Shown piece after piece: positions 1 to 64,000 of a stretch of DNA of 64,000 nt; the stretch's first letter is position 1, and each line of letters begins with the position of its first letter. The notes under the pieces are model-generated. The model ran no database searches. It had not been told where the DNA came from and was given only the letters and a program-made list of their open reading frames with translations. Made by a program: the position numbers and the translations under genes. This DNA is from Octopus vulgaris (Eukaryota), in NCBI GenBank assembly GCA_951406725.2, contig OX597823.1, positions 96,410,001 to 96,474,000 of the forward strand, in the 5' to 3' direction.

Positions 1-576
1 AATAAGGAGAGGCACTGAAATCTGTAGGCATGAACAGTACAACAGTACACATGTATGTGGTTAGCATTGAATCTATGTTGAGACACTAATATTACATCAG
101 GGAAAAAGAAGACTTCAGAAAAGAGGCAAGGTCCACAGTGACTGCTTTTCTCTCGACTCAATGCATTTACTGCTTTGACCAGGCAATTAGTATACTGAGA
201 TTTCCCTAAAACGAATCCCACCGAGGTCAACTCAGTCAGATTTGAACTCAGAATGCAAAGGGCCAGAAGAAATACCACAAACCATTTAGTCCAACACTTG
301 AAAAGTTCTACCAATGCCCACACCCGGACAACTACAACAACTACTGTTATGATTCAAAATTAAACAAAGACACAAGACAGCAACAGGTGAGGGAACAACA
401 AACAAGGTGTATTAGTTTGATGTTCAGGAAAAATGGAAGAAGTGTTTGATGTTTCGAGCCAATGCTCTTCAACTGAAAAGAATGAGGAGAGAAAAGAGAT
501 GGAAGGAGGGAAAAGGAAATTGTGTTTGGGTTAACTACTGCTACTACTAATGGTGATGATGATGATAATAATAATG

Positions 577-763
577 ATACTTTGTTGTGTCTGGGGAGTC
601 ATTCTCTTTTAGTGCCTTATTATTTAACACACTCACTGTTAAAGTTTCCACTCATTTACCTATTAATAGAAAGAAAGATAAATAAATGAGTGGAAACTAC
701 CAGTGAGTGCATTATATAATAAGGCACTGAAAGAGAAGGACTCTCCCTAGACACAACAAAATA
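577..763. repeat. Foldback/MITE-like inverted repeat (~82-bp arms); second copy 61431-61618
   Basis: 577-658 is an imperfect reverse complement of 683-763. Confidence 0.8.
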
Positions 764-805
764 TGCTTCGACACACATAAAGAATCTTGCAAACCAAATC
801 CAAAA

Positions 806-873
<68 letters not shown>

Positions 874-939
874 TAATAATATTTTGCAAAAATTTGGACT
901 TGACCCATGATAAAATCTGCTAGGAACGCAAACCACCTG

Positions 940-1427
940 CAGTGCTTGAAAATGGCCACATTTCACAACTCACCATTCATACTGACAGAAAGCTAAATGC
1001 AAAGAGGCAAAACATCATATTGAAAGACTTCAGACAAAAATCATGCCTCTTCATTGATATGACTGTCTCAATCGATATAAACGTATCTGTTAAGACCTAC
1101 CAAAAACTGAGCAAGTATGAAGATCTTGAAATAGAAATTAGCAAATTGTAGAACCTCAAATACCTGTTGTCATAGGTGTTCTGGGAATGATAGCAAAAGG
1201 TGCTGATTGCTACCTAGCTCAGATACCAGGAAACCCCAAAATGGCAGAAATTCAAAAGACAGTGCTCGTGGGAACAGCCAATATCCTACGCAAAATACTT
1301 TCTTATAATCTCAAGTTTTAAAACAAACACATTATTTTCTTATGGTTTCTTAAACATTCTCTAGAACAACACAAGGTACAAAACGAAATATATGGCACCC
1401 TAGGCATAACACCAGCATGAACTTCTA
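940..1427 (+). mobile_element. 3' fragment of R4/Dong-like RLE LINE (same family as 38545-42680); also 61728-62072 and 62164-62726
   Basis: LENGHISQLTIHTDRK..IDMTVSIDINVSVKTYQKLSKYEDLEIEISKL is nearly identical to the C-terminus of ORF 38741-39757. Confidence 0.85.
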
Positions 1428-1429
1428 CA

Positions 1430-1616
1430 CTGGAAGCACAAATTTGTGGGGGAGGGAACTAGTCGAGTATATTGACCCCCAGTACTCAACTGGTACTTAA
1501 TTCATCGACCTGAAAGGATGAAAGCTAAAGTTGACCACATCGGAATTTGAACTCAGAACGTAGCAACAGGTGAAATACCGCTAAGCATTTCGTTAAGCAT
1601 ACTATCGATTCTGCCA
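1430..1616 (-). mobile_element. tRNA-derived SINE family 2 (partial); other copies 30448-30659 (+), 62800-62973 (-)
   Basis: Shared sequence ..AATGCTTAGCGGTATTT..CGTTCTGAGTTCAAATTCC..GACTTT(A)GC(C)TTTCATCCTTTC(G/A)GGTCGAT.. with a B-box-like GAGTTCAAATTCC. Confidence 0.75.
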
Positions 1617-1639
1617 TTATTAATGATAATGGCTATAGA

Positions 1640-1940
1640 AAATGAAGAAGGTGAAGATAGGGCTATGGAAAATGAAGAATACGGAGATAGTGTCAGTTAC
1701 TGTTGGGTCCTTGGAAGCAGTATCAGAAGGTATCAAAGGGAATACAAAGGAAATTGGAATAGACTGCACAGTAGAACTGTTACAAACGGTTTGCCCCCTT
1801 AGCACATTCAGAATAATCAGGAAAGTATTAGATAGCTGAAAACAAGAGATAGCATGGTACCCTAGCCTGCAGGGCTGCGGGTAGCAAGCCTGCTATGCAT
1901 GCAAGACTCCAGGAACTCCAACAAAACCTGTGATAAAGAG
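1640..1940 (+). mobile_element. 3' end of a second RLE-type LINE subfamily with (TAA)n tail; also 62997-63298 (+) and 37190-37270 (-)
   Basis: IVSVTVGSLEAV..LLQTVCPLSTFRIIRKVL resembles the PVVIGALG..QK..L.T..ILRK.L terminus; 3'UTR runs into (AAT)n. Confidence 0.65.
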
Positions 1941-2027
<87 letters not shown>

Positions 2028-2879
2028 GTGATAATAATAATAAGAATGATACACACTGTTTTTTATCGCTTTTCCTTCTTCTTTTGCAGAGTTGGTGGTA
2101 AGACATCATCAGCAGCAGCAAATTCTAACTTTTCCGTCGTTCGTTGTCAATCACTGCTTGCTGTAAAGAGAGAATTATTTCAATTAAAACAAAGACTGTT
2201 CATATTAGGGTTTCGTTCAATAAAGAACACATCTATATTTCGTTTGTGGTTTAAAATGAGACGATTAATAAAAACCTGACTTTATACCAAATAAAAATGA
2301 GAATTGAATTAAAAACAGAAAACTAAAGATATTTCTTCAACAGATCTCAAGTGACACATGAAGAGGTAAAAAACCCCACATCAAGTTATTTCTTAAAACA
2401 GGGATTCAAGTAGGAGCACTAATCAACTGTTGAATGCTTCGTTAGTTTACAAAACTAGAAAACTGTTTTGTTCGAAGGTTACAACAAATGGTGATGTTCA
2501 GGCTGAATATCAACCAGATGAATCTCTTGTCAGTTTAGAAGGGATTGCAAAGGTTATAGGCCTGCCTCTTTTCATTTGACTAAATTGTATTAAAATCAAG
2601 TAAGCTTTAGTGGAAAGTACTTTGGCAAACTCTTGGTAGCCTAATCGGTCTTGGATAATTCCGATATAGAGCTCCAAATTGATTGGTTGCATCAACATTA
2701 CAAACAAGGCAACTAATTTGTTGGAGAGGAATTAACGTCACTAAATGACTGACACTGGTTTTATAAATCTTTAATGGACAGAAGAGAATACAAACAGACC
2801 CCTTAGACCACATACAGAAAAGACACACCCCAGCTCCTAGTCCACAGATGCACTGTCCCCTCTCTCTGCCTTTTTCTTC

Positions 2880-4060
2880 TTCTTGGCAGTCCATGTCACA
2901 CCACTTTAGATTGCCCCTTTAGGGTGTCCTTATACCTCAGCTTGAGTCTTCATTATTAGCTTGTACCTTCCTTCAGCTCACTATACATCAGTTGTCTGGG
3001 GATGCGATGGTCGTTCATTCTGACAACGTGGCTGGTACAACACAACTGAGATATGAGCAGAATTGCCTCGGTGGTCGTGGACTCTGCTCTGTCTAGGACT
3101 TCTTGGTTGGAGACCCTGTACTGTCAGTGGATGCCCATGACTGTGAGCTGTATAAAACTTGTATAGAACTGTTTGAAGTGATTGTATGTCTCGGCGAAGC
3201 AGTTGACGAAGACCTGGAGGTGGTTTTCCTTGTGGGCTATGACGGCACAGTCGTCCGCGAAGAGAGCTTCGAGGGTAAGCTTTTCTTTGGTCTTCGTTTT
3301 GCCAGAGAGGCGGTGGAGGTCGGACACAGAGCCACCGTTTGGTACGTGATGTGCACACTTGGTTGAGGATTTTCACAGCGTGGAAGAGGATCTGTTTGAA
3401 GGAAAATTTGAAGAGCACTGAGGTGAGGATACAGCCCTGTTTGACACTATTAGAGATGTTGAAGGAGTTCATGTGGTCCCCGTTAGAAAGAACCTGTTCC
3501 TTCTTGTTGTTGAAGAGCTTGTCCAGGGTTGTGAATTTTTGTGGGCAACCCAGCTTGCTGAGGATGATCAAACACCTTGGTCAGGTCAATGAACACGGTG
3601 TACAGGTCCATCTGCTGCTCAATGCATTTCTCCTGCACTTATCGCACGGCAAACACCATGAAAAGAGGCAGGCCTATAACCTTTGCAATCCCTTCTAAAC
3701 CACATACATCTACGGTGCTGCGGACAGGGCAGAAACCACACTGAGCCTCGGTCAGGTTGCTATCGGAGATGTTGGTGATGAATCAGTTGAGGAGGATGCG
3801 AGCGAGTATCTTGCTTGCGATAGATCCCACTGTTGTTGCCACAGTCTGTCCTGGCTCCATTGTTCTTGTATACAGCGACTACAGTGGCGTCGCGCAGGTC
3901 TGTTGGTATGTCTTCCTGGTCCCGGATGGCCAAGAAGATATCATGGAAAGTTTTGACGGGTGTGGATCTGAGTGACGTGAACAGTTTAGCAGGTATTCCA
4001 TCCCCTCCTGGTGCTTTGTTGCAGGTCATCTGTAAGATTCTCTTAAAGTTGGTCATTCCC
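2880..4060 (-). mobile_element. Degenerate RTE-clade LINE (RT fragment)
   Basis: KAPGGDGIPAKLF, DATVVAVYKNNGARTDCGN, LSKLGCPQKF, SVKQGCILTSVLF and LFADDCA spread over frameshifted ORFs. Confidence 0.85.
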
Positions 4061-4493
4061 AGTAGGGAATTTATATAGAGTGTAGCAGAGTCAAGGTTTG
4101 TATTTAAACTGACCGAGAAATAGGGAGTGTATTAGTGTTGTTAAATTGAAAACAGGAAGAGAGGAAGGAAAAAGAAAGATAGAGAAAAAGGAGGATAGAA
4201 AGAAAGAATGAAAGAGGAAAAGGAAAGAAGATTAGTAGAAATAACAAAAAATACTATAAATAAAAGCCCTGAAGATATGAATAAGGGAATAAGGAAAAGA
4301 AAAACTATGCATGTATATATATGCATATGTTTGTGTATATATATATATAAATATATATATATAGAAGTATATATGTATATATCATATATATATATATATA
4401 TGTATATATCATATATGTATATGTATATATAATATATACATATATATAAATATATATGCATATATCATATACATATCAATATATATGTATATA

Positions 4494-4798
4494 TCTTCTT
4501 TATATATAAAACTAAAGTTGTGTGTGTGTGTCTCCTACGATTTAGATTCTAACTTCTCCCACATTTTGCGGTGCAGTTTAACCAATAGCGGGTATCTTAT
4601 AGTCGTGATTCATATCGAGCCCTTCTGGGTATTAGCGCGCGTCTACGATGAGTCTACGATTTAAAAATAAAATTTACCATCATTTTTCCGCATTTTTAAC
4701 GCATTTTTGCTCGGTTTATATAAGTGAAGTAACTCTCTAAAAATGCTTATATAGTTATTACCCTTACAAATCCGAGCAACGCCGAGCGATGCTGCTAG
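4494..4798 (+). mobile_element. Non-autonomous Helitron-like element
   Basis: 5' A|TC, subterminal CCGAGCAACGCCGAG (hairpin in the related copies), 3' CTAG|T; same family at 49037-49431 and 50644-51037 (-). Confidence 0.75.
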
Positions 4799-4867
<69 letters not shown>

Positions 4868-4939
4868 CAACATATATACATACATACTGGAATAAGTGTA
4901 TTATATACAAATATTAAAAATAAAATATCCAAGCATATA

Positions 4940-5370
4940 GGCGCAGGAGTGGCTGTGTGGTAAGTAGCTGGCTTACCAACCACACGGTTTCGGGTTCAGT
5001 TCCACTGCATGGCACCTTGGGCAAGTGCCTTCTCCTGTAACCTTGGGCCGACCAAAGCCTTGTGAGTGGATTTGGTAGACGGAAACTGAAAGAAGCCCGT
5101 CGTATATATATATATATGTATGTATGTATGTATGTATATGTGTGTGTGTGTGTTTGTGTGTCTGTGTTTGCCCCCCCCCCCCCAACAACGCTTGACAACC
5201 ATTGCTGGCGTGTTTACATACCCGTTAATTTGCAGTTCGGCAAAAGAGACCGATAGAATAAGTACTAGGCTTCCAAAGAATAAGTCGTGGGGTCGATTTG
5301 CTAGACTAAAAAGGCGATGCTCCAGCATGGCCGCAGTCAAATGACTGCAACAAGTAAAAGAGTAAAAGAG
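4940..5370 (+). mobile_element. Octopus-type tRNA-derived SINE family 1 (full length)
   Basis: Head GGCGCAGGAGTGGCTGTGTGGTAAG..GGGTTCAGTTCC (A/B-box-like), internal microsatellite, (GTAAAAGA)n tail; many copies in the window. Confidence 0.85.
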
Positions 5371-5389
5371 TAATATATATACATTTATA

Positions 5390-5426
<37 letters not shown>

Positions 5427-5659
5427 TTTCTCTCGTCTTTTTCCTCCTCCTCTCCTCCCAGACAACACCAATCCCAAACGCTAGTCTTTCATTCACATTC
5501 CTCCCTCTTCTTCCCCATACTACCACTTACACTCCTACAGGCACTCTCACTTGCACACCTGATACATATATGTATGTATGCATGAAAGGAGACAGAGGCA
5601 GACACATTTAGAAATTGCTTGAAGCACACGACACATTTGTTCTGAGAGGTTTGTTCACC

Positions 5660-54067
<48,408 letters not shown>

Positions 54068-54310
54068 TGTACGTATATATGTATGCATGTGCGTATGTAT
54101 GTATGTATGTATGTATGTATGTATGTATGTATGTATGTATGTATGTATGTATGTATATAGGTACGTACATGTGTATGTGAGCAAACGCACACAAACACAC
54201 ACACACATTGACAGACAGACAGAAAGAAAAACAGACAGACAGACAGACAGAGACAGGCAGACAGACAGGCAGACAGACAGACAGGCAGACAGACAGGCAG
54301 ACAGACAGAC

Positions 54311-54395
<85 letters not shown>

Positions 54396-54396
54396 T

Positions 54397-54684
54397 GTTT
54401 CTTTATTAGCCACACAGGGCTGCACACAGACAAAACAAATTACAAGGTAAAGCTTTTCTTTTTGGGGGCAAAAAAAAGGGGTTGGTCTTCGATCAAAAAG
54501 GATCGTAAAAGGAAAGAAAGAGGACAAAATAAGGGGAAGGTTTTAAAAAAGGGGGGAGAGGAAAAATAAAGAAAAGGGGAGAGGAAAAAAAGTAATCACA
54601 GAAATGTCAATATGAAGTGTAAAGGGGAGGACAGGTGAGGTTTACCCGTGGAAAGAAAAACCTACGGAAAAGACCACGGTAACC

Positions 54685-54685
<1 letters not shown>
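54397..54685 (-). mobile_element. 5'-truncated Tx1/L1 LINE 3'UTR copy flanked by (GATA)n on both sides
   Basis: Shares TTTCTTTATT(A/G)GCCACACAGGGCTGCACACAGA and AAAAGACCACGGTAACC with the 3'UTR of the element at 54901-60712. Confidence 0.8.
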
Positions 54686-54749
<64 letters not shown>

Positions 54750-54750
54750 G

Positions 54751-54800
<50 letters not shown>

Positions 54801-54829
54801 CAGATAGATAGATAGATATATAGGCAGAC

Positions 54830-54887
<58 letters not shown>

Positions 54888-54900
54888 GCAGACAGATAAG

Positions 54901-55342
54901 TTTCTTTATTGGCCACACAGGGCTGCACACAGATGGGACAAGTTACAAGGTAGAGCTTTTTTGGGGGGGGAGAAAAAAAAGGTGGCGTAGGTTTTCGATC
55001 AAAAGGGATCGTAAAAGGGAAAAAAGTACAAAAAAAAAGAAAAAATGGAATAAATGGAAAAGAAAAAAAAGAAAAAAAGGAAAAGACAAAAAAGAAAAAA
55101 AGGGAAAAAAGAAAAGAAAAATGAAAAAAGAAGAAAAAAGAGGAAATAAGGGGAGAGGGAAAAAACGATCAATAGGGATCGTGTATCACAGTGTCATGAT
55201 GTATGGTGTCCGGTCACTCGTCTGTTTTCGCTGCCATCTTACCCCATTTTCTGTGGCGGATTCCCGGTTTGACTGAGCGTGGTCATCGTCGTCGCTCGAC
55301 TTCTTAGGGCCCCGAGTTCGAGTTGAGCGACGGCAAGTTCGT

Positions 55343-55407
<65 letters not shown>

Positions 55408-58400
55408 TAATATAAGGGGAAATAATTATTAATTTTAAAAATTAACAATTATTACCGAGAAGAAAAAGGAAAAGAAACAAAAGAAAAGAAAAAAGAAGAA
55501 AAAGAGGAAAAAAGGGGAAGAGGAAAAAAACGATTAATAGGGATCGTGTATCACAGTGTCATGATGTACGGTGTAAAGGGAGAAGTAGATAAGGTTTATC
55601 CGTGGGAAGAAAAGCCTACGAAAAAGACCACGGTAACCTCGGTCAATATTGTTATATGTTACAACATTTGTTTGCAAGTGGGTAACCCTCTGCTTTCAAT
55701 TTCTGGGTTCATAGGATTATGCTCAAGGTGACTTCGTCATTCATACGTGCCATCCTGGCTACATTCACCCATCCTTTTTAAAAACATTCGCTAGACAAAA
55801 CTTGCCTCTCTACTCTCACTTTCCTTTTCAAGTGGTACTTGAAGAAGTTGATGAGAGATTGACCAGAGAGGAAAGTGTTTGTCTCCAATCCTTTCAGACG
55901 CGTCCACCAGATACATTCTTTCGCCATAGCCACAAGGATGATGAAAATAGCTCTTCCTTCCCGTTTGAAGGAAGGAGGCGTGACAATATTGACGATAGAC
56001 TCAGCTGATAAACCGACTCGTCCCACACGTGACAGCAGTTGTTCGACATAAGCCCACAGGTCGGAAATTGTTGGACACTGCACGAGTGCGTGCAGAACGG
56101 TTTCGTCGCTCTGACCGCATCTCGGGCAGGCCGGCCCCGTGTTTCTCGAGCCATGTCTGTAGAGCTTATCCCGAACGGGTAGCGCTTCTCGGTAGCACTG
56201 CCAGGTCAGGGATCTCTGGAAGTTGTCCATGGGGCCTGGCCCGAAAGTCGTCCCGAACAGGCGGGTCAGGTATTCCTCATCGACGTCCAGGTTCGCCCCA
56301 AGCTCGTCGTCGTACCTCCCCTCCACTAATCCCCTATAGAATGATTGGGTTGTGATGGAGCCACTCAGGGTCGACCTGGGACGGCAGAGTTGCTTGGGAG
56401 CAACGCGACCCTCGCGGTGCCATTCGCCCTTCCTCGGCCTCTTTTTGATCCACGACTGCAGTTCGGTCATGGAGACTAGCTGCGGGAAAGCGTGCCTCAC
56501 AAACGGCGACCACATCTGTTCACCGTCGTCTACGTAGAGCCTGAGATGTCGCAGTCTCAGCGCGTGTCTGCGCATCATCAACCACGGCATGCCCAGTCCT
56601 CCTTTTAACGGGTGTTGACAGCAAATGGATCGCCTGACCATCGGGACGCATCCTTTCCACAAGAAGCAAAAGAGAATGCGTTCTAGTTTGGTGATGGTAG
56701 GGTCGGGACAAGGCACGACGGTTAGGCGGTAGTAGATGACGGACGCGATGTACGTGTTCGCCACCTCCGCCCGACCTTTTAGGGACAGTTTCCTCTCGGC
56801 CCATTGCCGGGCGAGAGTGACCACCCTACTCGTTATCTCGTTCTAGTTCTTCTCCATTTGGAGGTCCGGACCGAACCAGACCCCGAGCAACTCGACCGGA
56901 CCGTCGGTCCAGCGTCCCACAACGGAGGCGCTGGTGGACGGCATGGGCTTGCTTCTCCAGGTGCCTAGTCGCAAGCCCACTGACTTTTCTCGGTTGATTT
57001 TCGCTCCTGTCACCGCTTCGTAGTTTTTCAGTGTCTCGCCGACCTGCTCGATGTGCTCGTGGCTAGACACTATGACGGGGACGTCGTCCGCGTATGCAGA
57101 CGCACTCGTCCCGCATCCCAGTTCTCGCGGGATGCCCCTCAGAGTTGCCAGCTTCCGCAATAGTGGCTCGAGAGTCAATACGTATAGAAGCGACGAGAGG
57201 GGGCATCCCTGACAGACCGAACGTGCGATGTCGAAAGGTCTCGATAGATGTCCATTTACGCGAATTACCGAACGGATGCCTCTGTACAAAGCGGCTATCC
57301 AGCCGCGGAAGACGGGACCGAAGCCAGCCGCTCTGAGGACAGCCTCCAAGTATCGATGGTCTACCCTATCGAAAGCTTTCGATTGATCCAATCTGCCACC
57401 CGTGCCTCTCTCGCGGCTCCAACACCTTCGTTCCTTAGAGCACGCATCCTAGCTCTGACAGCACACCCTTCGTGTTTGGCGTTGAAGTGTTGGTCGAGGG
57501 CCAACCTCGCCGCCAAAACGTCGGATGCGATGCCGCTTCTAATTGCCTCTTCTAGCTTCTTAACTAGTTCACCCTCTACTCTATTTCTATCTATGGCTAG
57601 TGCTTTGCTGTACCTAATCGCTTCTGCTTTTACTGCTCTCTTGAGGGCAAACCACCATTTGTTGTTGATGATGGCTCCCGTCAAAGCCCTCTTTACTAGT
57701 GTGCTAATCCGGTCTATGAAAACCTGTCTCGATTGGAAAGACGCGTTTAGTTTCCAGTATCCGGGACCCTGCCTAAGTGTCTTACCTAACTCTAGCGTAC
57801 ATGTCACAAGTTTGTGATCCGTGTAGCTGACTATGTGGAATTGTGGACATCCTATGCTATCTCTACCTACTGTCCCACACAGTATCCTATCTAGATACGA
57901 TCTCGACGACCTGATGCGGTTGCTCCATGTCCACGTTTGCGCATTCGGGTGGTCTAGTTGGAACCTGTCAGACAGTTGAAAGCGTCTGAGCAGGTCTCTG
58001 AGGCATTTGCATCCCCGTCTATTCCTATCTCTGCCCACGTAGTCTACATGCGTGTCCAAGGTAGCATTCCAATCCCCCACTAAGAGTAAAGGACGAGACG
58101 TTCCCAAGAATACTTCTAGACGTTGAAAGAAATCCGCCCGACCTGTTAAGGACGGTGCGTAGACTGATACGAATCGAAAAGCGCACCCATTGCTGCCGTC
58201 GACATCCAGGACGACCAGTCTACCCTCCGGGTCTACGAAAATTGCCTTTACTTTGAGATCCAGACACTTGCGAAAAAGTACCGCGGTGTCACTACCGCCC
58301 ATTCTTGGCAGACAGGGGGGAAAATAAATGTTGAACTGTCCGCCAAACATGGTCTTTAGGGCCAGCGGATTGTGGAGTCTGGTCTCACTTATGGCTATGA

Positions 58401-60358
58401 TTTCTAACTTGTGTGACTTTATGTCATTTAAGAGGTACCCTTGCTTCGAAGGGGACCCCAAGCCACGCGCATTTACACAACCAATCTTGATCATAATCCT
58501 AATGAATTAGAATACAAGTGAAAAGAACAGAGGGTTACTTACTGCTCGAAAGTTTTTGCTTTCTCTTCCTTTGGTTTGTCCTCGAGGAGATCCCAGTAAA
58601 GTTTCTTTGTGAGATATTTTTGACATTTACCAACCGCACTGGGGAAAATGCCTTTGAGTGTGTGGTGCAGACTTCTGGAGATGTGCAATATTTTGATGTG
58701 GTCTGGTGGTGTTGTGTATGGGTAATTGTTTGTTTTTATGTCATCTTCTGTTATGTTTGTTTTTGATTTGATGTATTCCATCAAATTTTTATTTTTGGTG
58801 TCTATAGCTGTGAGCATGTTTGCTGTATATATTTTTGTGGTGTTGGTGTGGCTGTTGTTTGTGTTGGGTTTTGAAATGTCTTCGGGAGATGTATTTCCCC
58901 CTGCTTTGTTTGTGTTTGCATTTGGTTTGGTTGTGTTTCTGCTCTTTATTTTCCTTCCTTTTCTAGCTATTTGCCATTCCTCAATGGTTTCGTCTTCCGA
59001 CGAATTTTCTGAGGAATCAGTACGGAGTACGGGTATGTTGTAGGCTTCTATGTATGTCTGTGTATGTGGTTGTGCTGTTGTTTTCGTTGCTGTTGGTTGT
59101 TGAGTGTTTATGTGTGGTGAGTGCGGTATAAGGGATGGGGAATCAGTTTTTGTATATTTTCTTTGTTTTTCTGTTCCTTTGGTTCTTGCTGTTGTTGGTG
59201 GTGTTGGTATTTTCTCAGATGTTGAGTAATTTTTGGTTGTTGACGGATTAGCTTGGTGTGCTTCTCTTGTCGTCTTCTGTCTTGATTGTGGTGTGGGTAG
59301 TAGAGCTTTTTTCTCGGAGTGTTTTGGTTGTGGTAGTGGTTGTTGTTGTTGCTCTTGGTGTGCAGTGGTTGGGCACGTATTTTTCAACTGTGTTTCGCTT
59401 CCACACAAATAGCAACGTGGTCGCCTGCCCTCTACCACTACATAAAGTTTGTAGCCTCCTGGCAGTTCTATAGTGGTGGGTATGTTTTCTCTTGTTGTTT
59501 CATCCAATTGAAGAAGGAATTGGATTGATTTTCCCACCCAGTCTTTCTGTCCTAGAACAGCGATTTCAAGGATGTTTGTCTCTGCCATTGTCTCTGCCAT
59601 TTCAAAGCAGATGGCAGAGACTAACCATTGTATTTCGACTTCAGGTGGTACATTTTTTTATTTGGACTTTCGTCACTCTCTGGTTTAAATAGATTGGTAT
59701 CATTACCAAGTCGTCCGAATGCAGCTCCAATGTGGAAAATCGTTTTGCTAAATTTTCGTTGAGGAAACGTACTTGGACTGTACCAAATTTATTTTCCTAA
59801 CTGATATACTCCTTAGGGTCTCATGCAGGACGAAGGCATTTTTCAATTTTTTCCTGCGGTGCATTTTCTGGTCGTCTTGTTTTCTTGTTGATGACTTTGT
59901 AGATTATTGTTTTTGGTTTTTTTTGTGTGTTTTCCACGATGTGTTGTGGAATGTGAAGATGCAATTTATCTCCTTCTTTGGTGAAGAGTGCTTTTGTGAG
60001 GTATATTTCCTGTGTGGTGAATTTTACGATTGTTCGTTTTTGTTTTGTCACATCCGCGAAATTCGTTTTAATTTTGGCGGTGTTAGCAGCAGAAGAGTTA
60101 GTTGTAGCAGTTGAAGTCATGGTAGTGGTGTTGGTGTTGGCGGTGTTGTCTTTGGTAGGCAGCTTTGTACTGGTTTCGTTGTTGTTGTTGTTGGTAGTGA
60201 TGGTGGTGATGTTGGCATTCATGTTTTTGTCTGTATTCGTTTTTGAAATCCCTTTCTCCGTCCTTTTTTCATCGACAAGTGGTGTAGGGAGTGGGGGAAA
60301 ATCTAAGTTAATGTCTTTGGTCGCAGCGATGGTGAATGGTCTTGCGACGTTAGTTTTG

Positions 60359-60390
<32 letters not shown>

Positions 60391-60712
60391 GGTGGTGACA
60401 GCGGTGTTCAAGCTACGAGGTTTAGCAGCTAGTGGTAGCAATAGTGTTTCGCTACCGTTCCGCATGACTGGCGGGCTAGCTACGTGGTTTCTAGTTGCCA
60501 TTTTCAAAATGAAAAATGGCTAAAAGGAACCCACGAAAGTTTTGAAAGTTTTTGGTAATTTCGCCCATACAGGGGCGGAATTCTACGTGAATAATTCTCA
60601 GGTTTTTTAGTGAATGAACTTGCACAACGATTAAAACAAAATATTTGACAACAAGGAGTTTCAAACATGTAAAAGTGGCCAACTTACGTGGAGCCCATTT
60701 GACTAGCGTCCG
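54901..60712 (-). mobile_element. Tx1/L1-clade LINE, near full length, with an internal ORF2 deletion
   Basis: ORF1 pieces 59821-60507 and 58539-59600 (knuckle RCYLCGSETQLKNTC); APE 57394-58494 (NARGL, ISET, GDWNA, LDR, TDH); RT 56843-57391 (DQSKAFDRVDH, QGCPLS, AYADD); C-terminal CPRC..ETVLHALVQC 55778-56824; AATAAA at the 3' end. Confidence 0.92.
55210..55459 (+). repeat. Copy of 52836-53093 (solo-LTR end + TA tract + flank) inserted in the Tx1 3'UTR
   Basis: Near identity to 52836-53093; flanked by a direct duplication of ~85 bp (55124-55209 / 55491-55574). Confidence 0.85.
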
Positions 60713-60873
60713 TCCATGTCAATAGGATAGAGGGATGGATGGATGGAGTGTTGGCAAAGAAGAATAGTTTTTTAGAATAACTAAACTCCATCACTAACCA
60801 CCATTTGCAGATATTCAGACTTTATTATTACCATTGATGACATTCAACCATTATTAAAACCAGAAGAAGAAAC

Positions 60874-64000
<3,127 letters not shown>

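Larger units (their letters stand above)
1..2575 (+). repeat. Segmental duplication, copy A (matches 60874-64000)
   Basis: Collinear near-identity of unique and repeat sequence, e.g. ORFs 942-1151 = 62166-62375 and 1642-1839 ~ 62999-63196. Confidence 0.95.

Noticed and set aside
4940-5010. tRNA gene
   Set aside because: tRNA-like A/B boxes belong to a SINE head; no full cloverleaf
5615-5659. TTG-initiated N-terminal extension in the ORF track
   Set aside because: The ATG at 5660 has a strong ACCATGG context and matches the SLC22 N-terminus
59978-60523. 181-aa hydrophobic + strand ORF
   Set aside because: Antisense shadow of the Thr/Asn-rich Tx1 ORF1

Overview
AT-rich, microsatellite- and transposon-dense eukaryotic DNA. 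The SINE families look like those of coleoid cephalopods, probably Octopus (inference). There is one host gene: a + strand multi-exon SLC22 (organic cation/anion transporter, MFS) gene. Eight coding exons (5660-44585) splice in frame to 473 aa, and a plausible stop-containing exon lies at 53989-54067. The exon encoding TM12/LPET could not be found. Bases 1-2575 recur at 60874-64000, so the gene sits in a ~61-kb tandem segmental duplication unit. Introns and flanks contain: a near full-length R4/Dong-like LINE (RT + restriction-like endonuclease) and several 3' fragments, almost all abutting (TAA)n; an array of a ~555-bp non-coding element embedded in (TTA)n; a Tx1/L1 LINE abutting (GATA)n; a deleted Gypsy element nested in a SINE; a solo LTR; two Penelope GIY-YIG relics; several Penelope-type minimal hammerhead ribozymes; stacked non-autonomous Helitrons; a piggyBac end; RTE/CR1/CRE relics; and foldback elements. 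Several local tandem duplications may be assembly artefacts. Most ORFs in the track are microsatellite translations.
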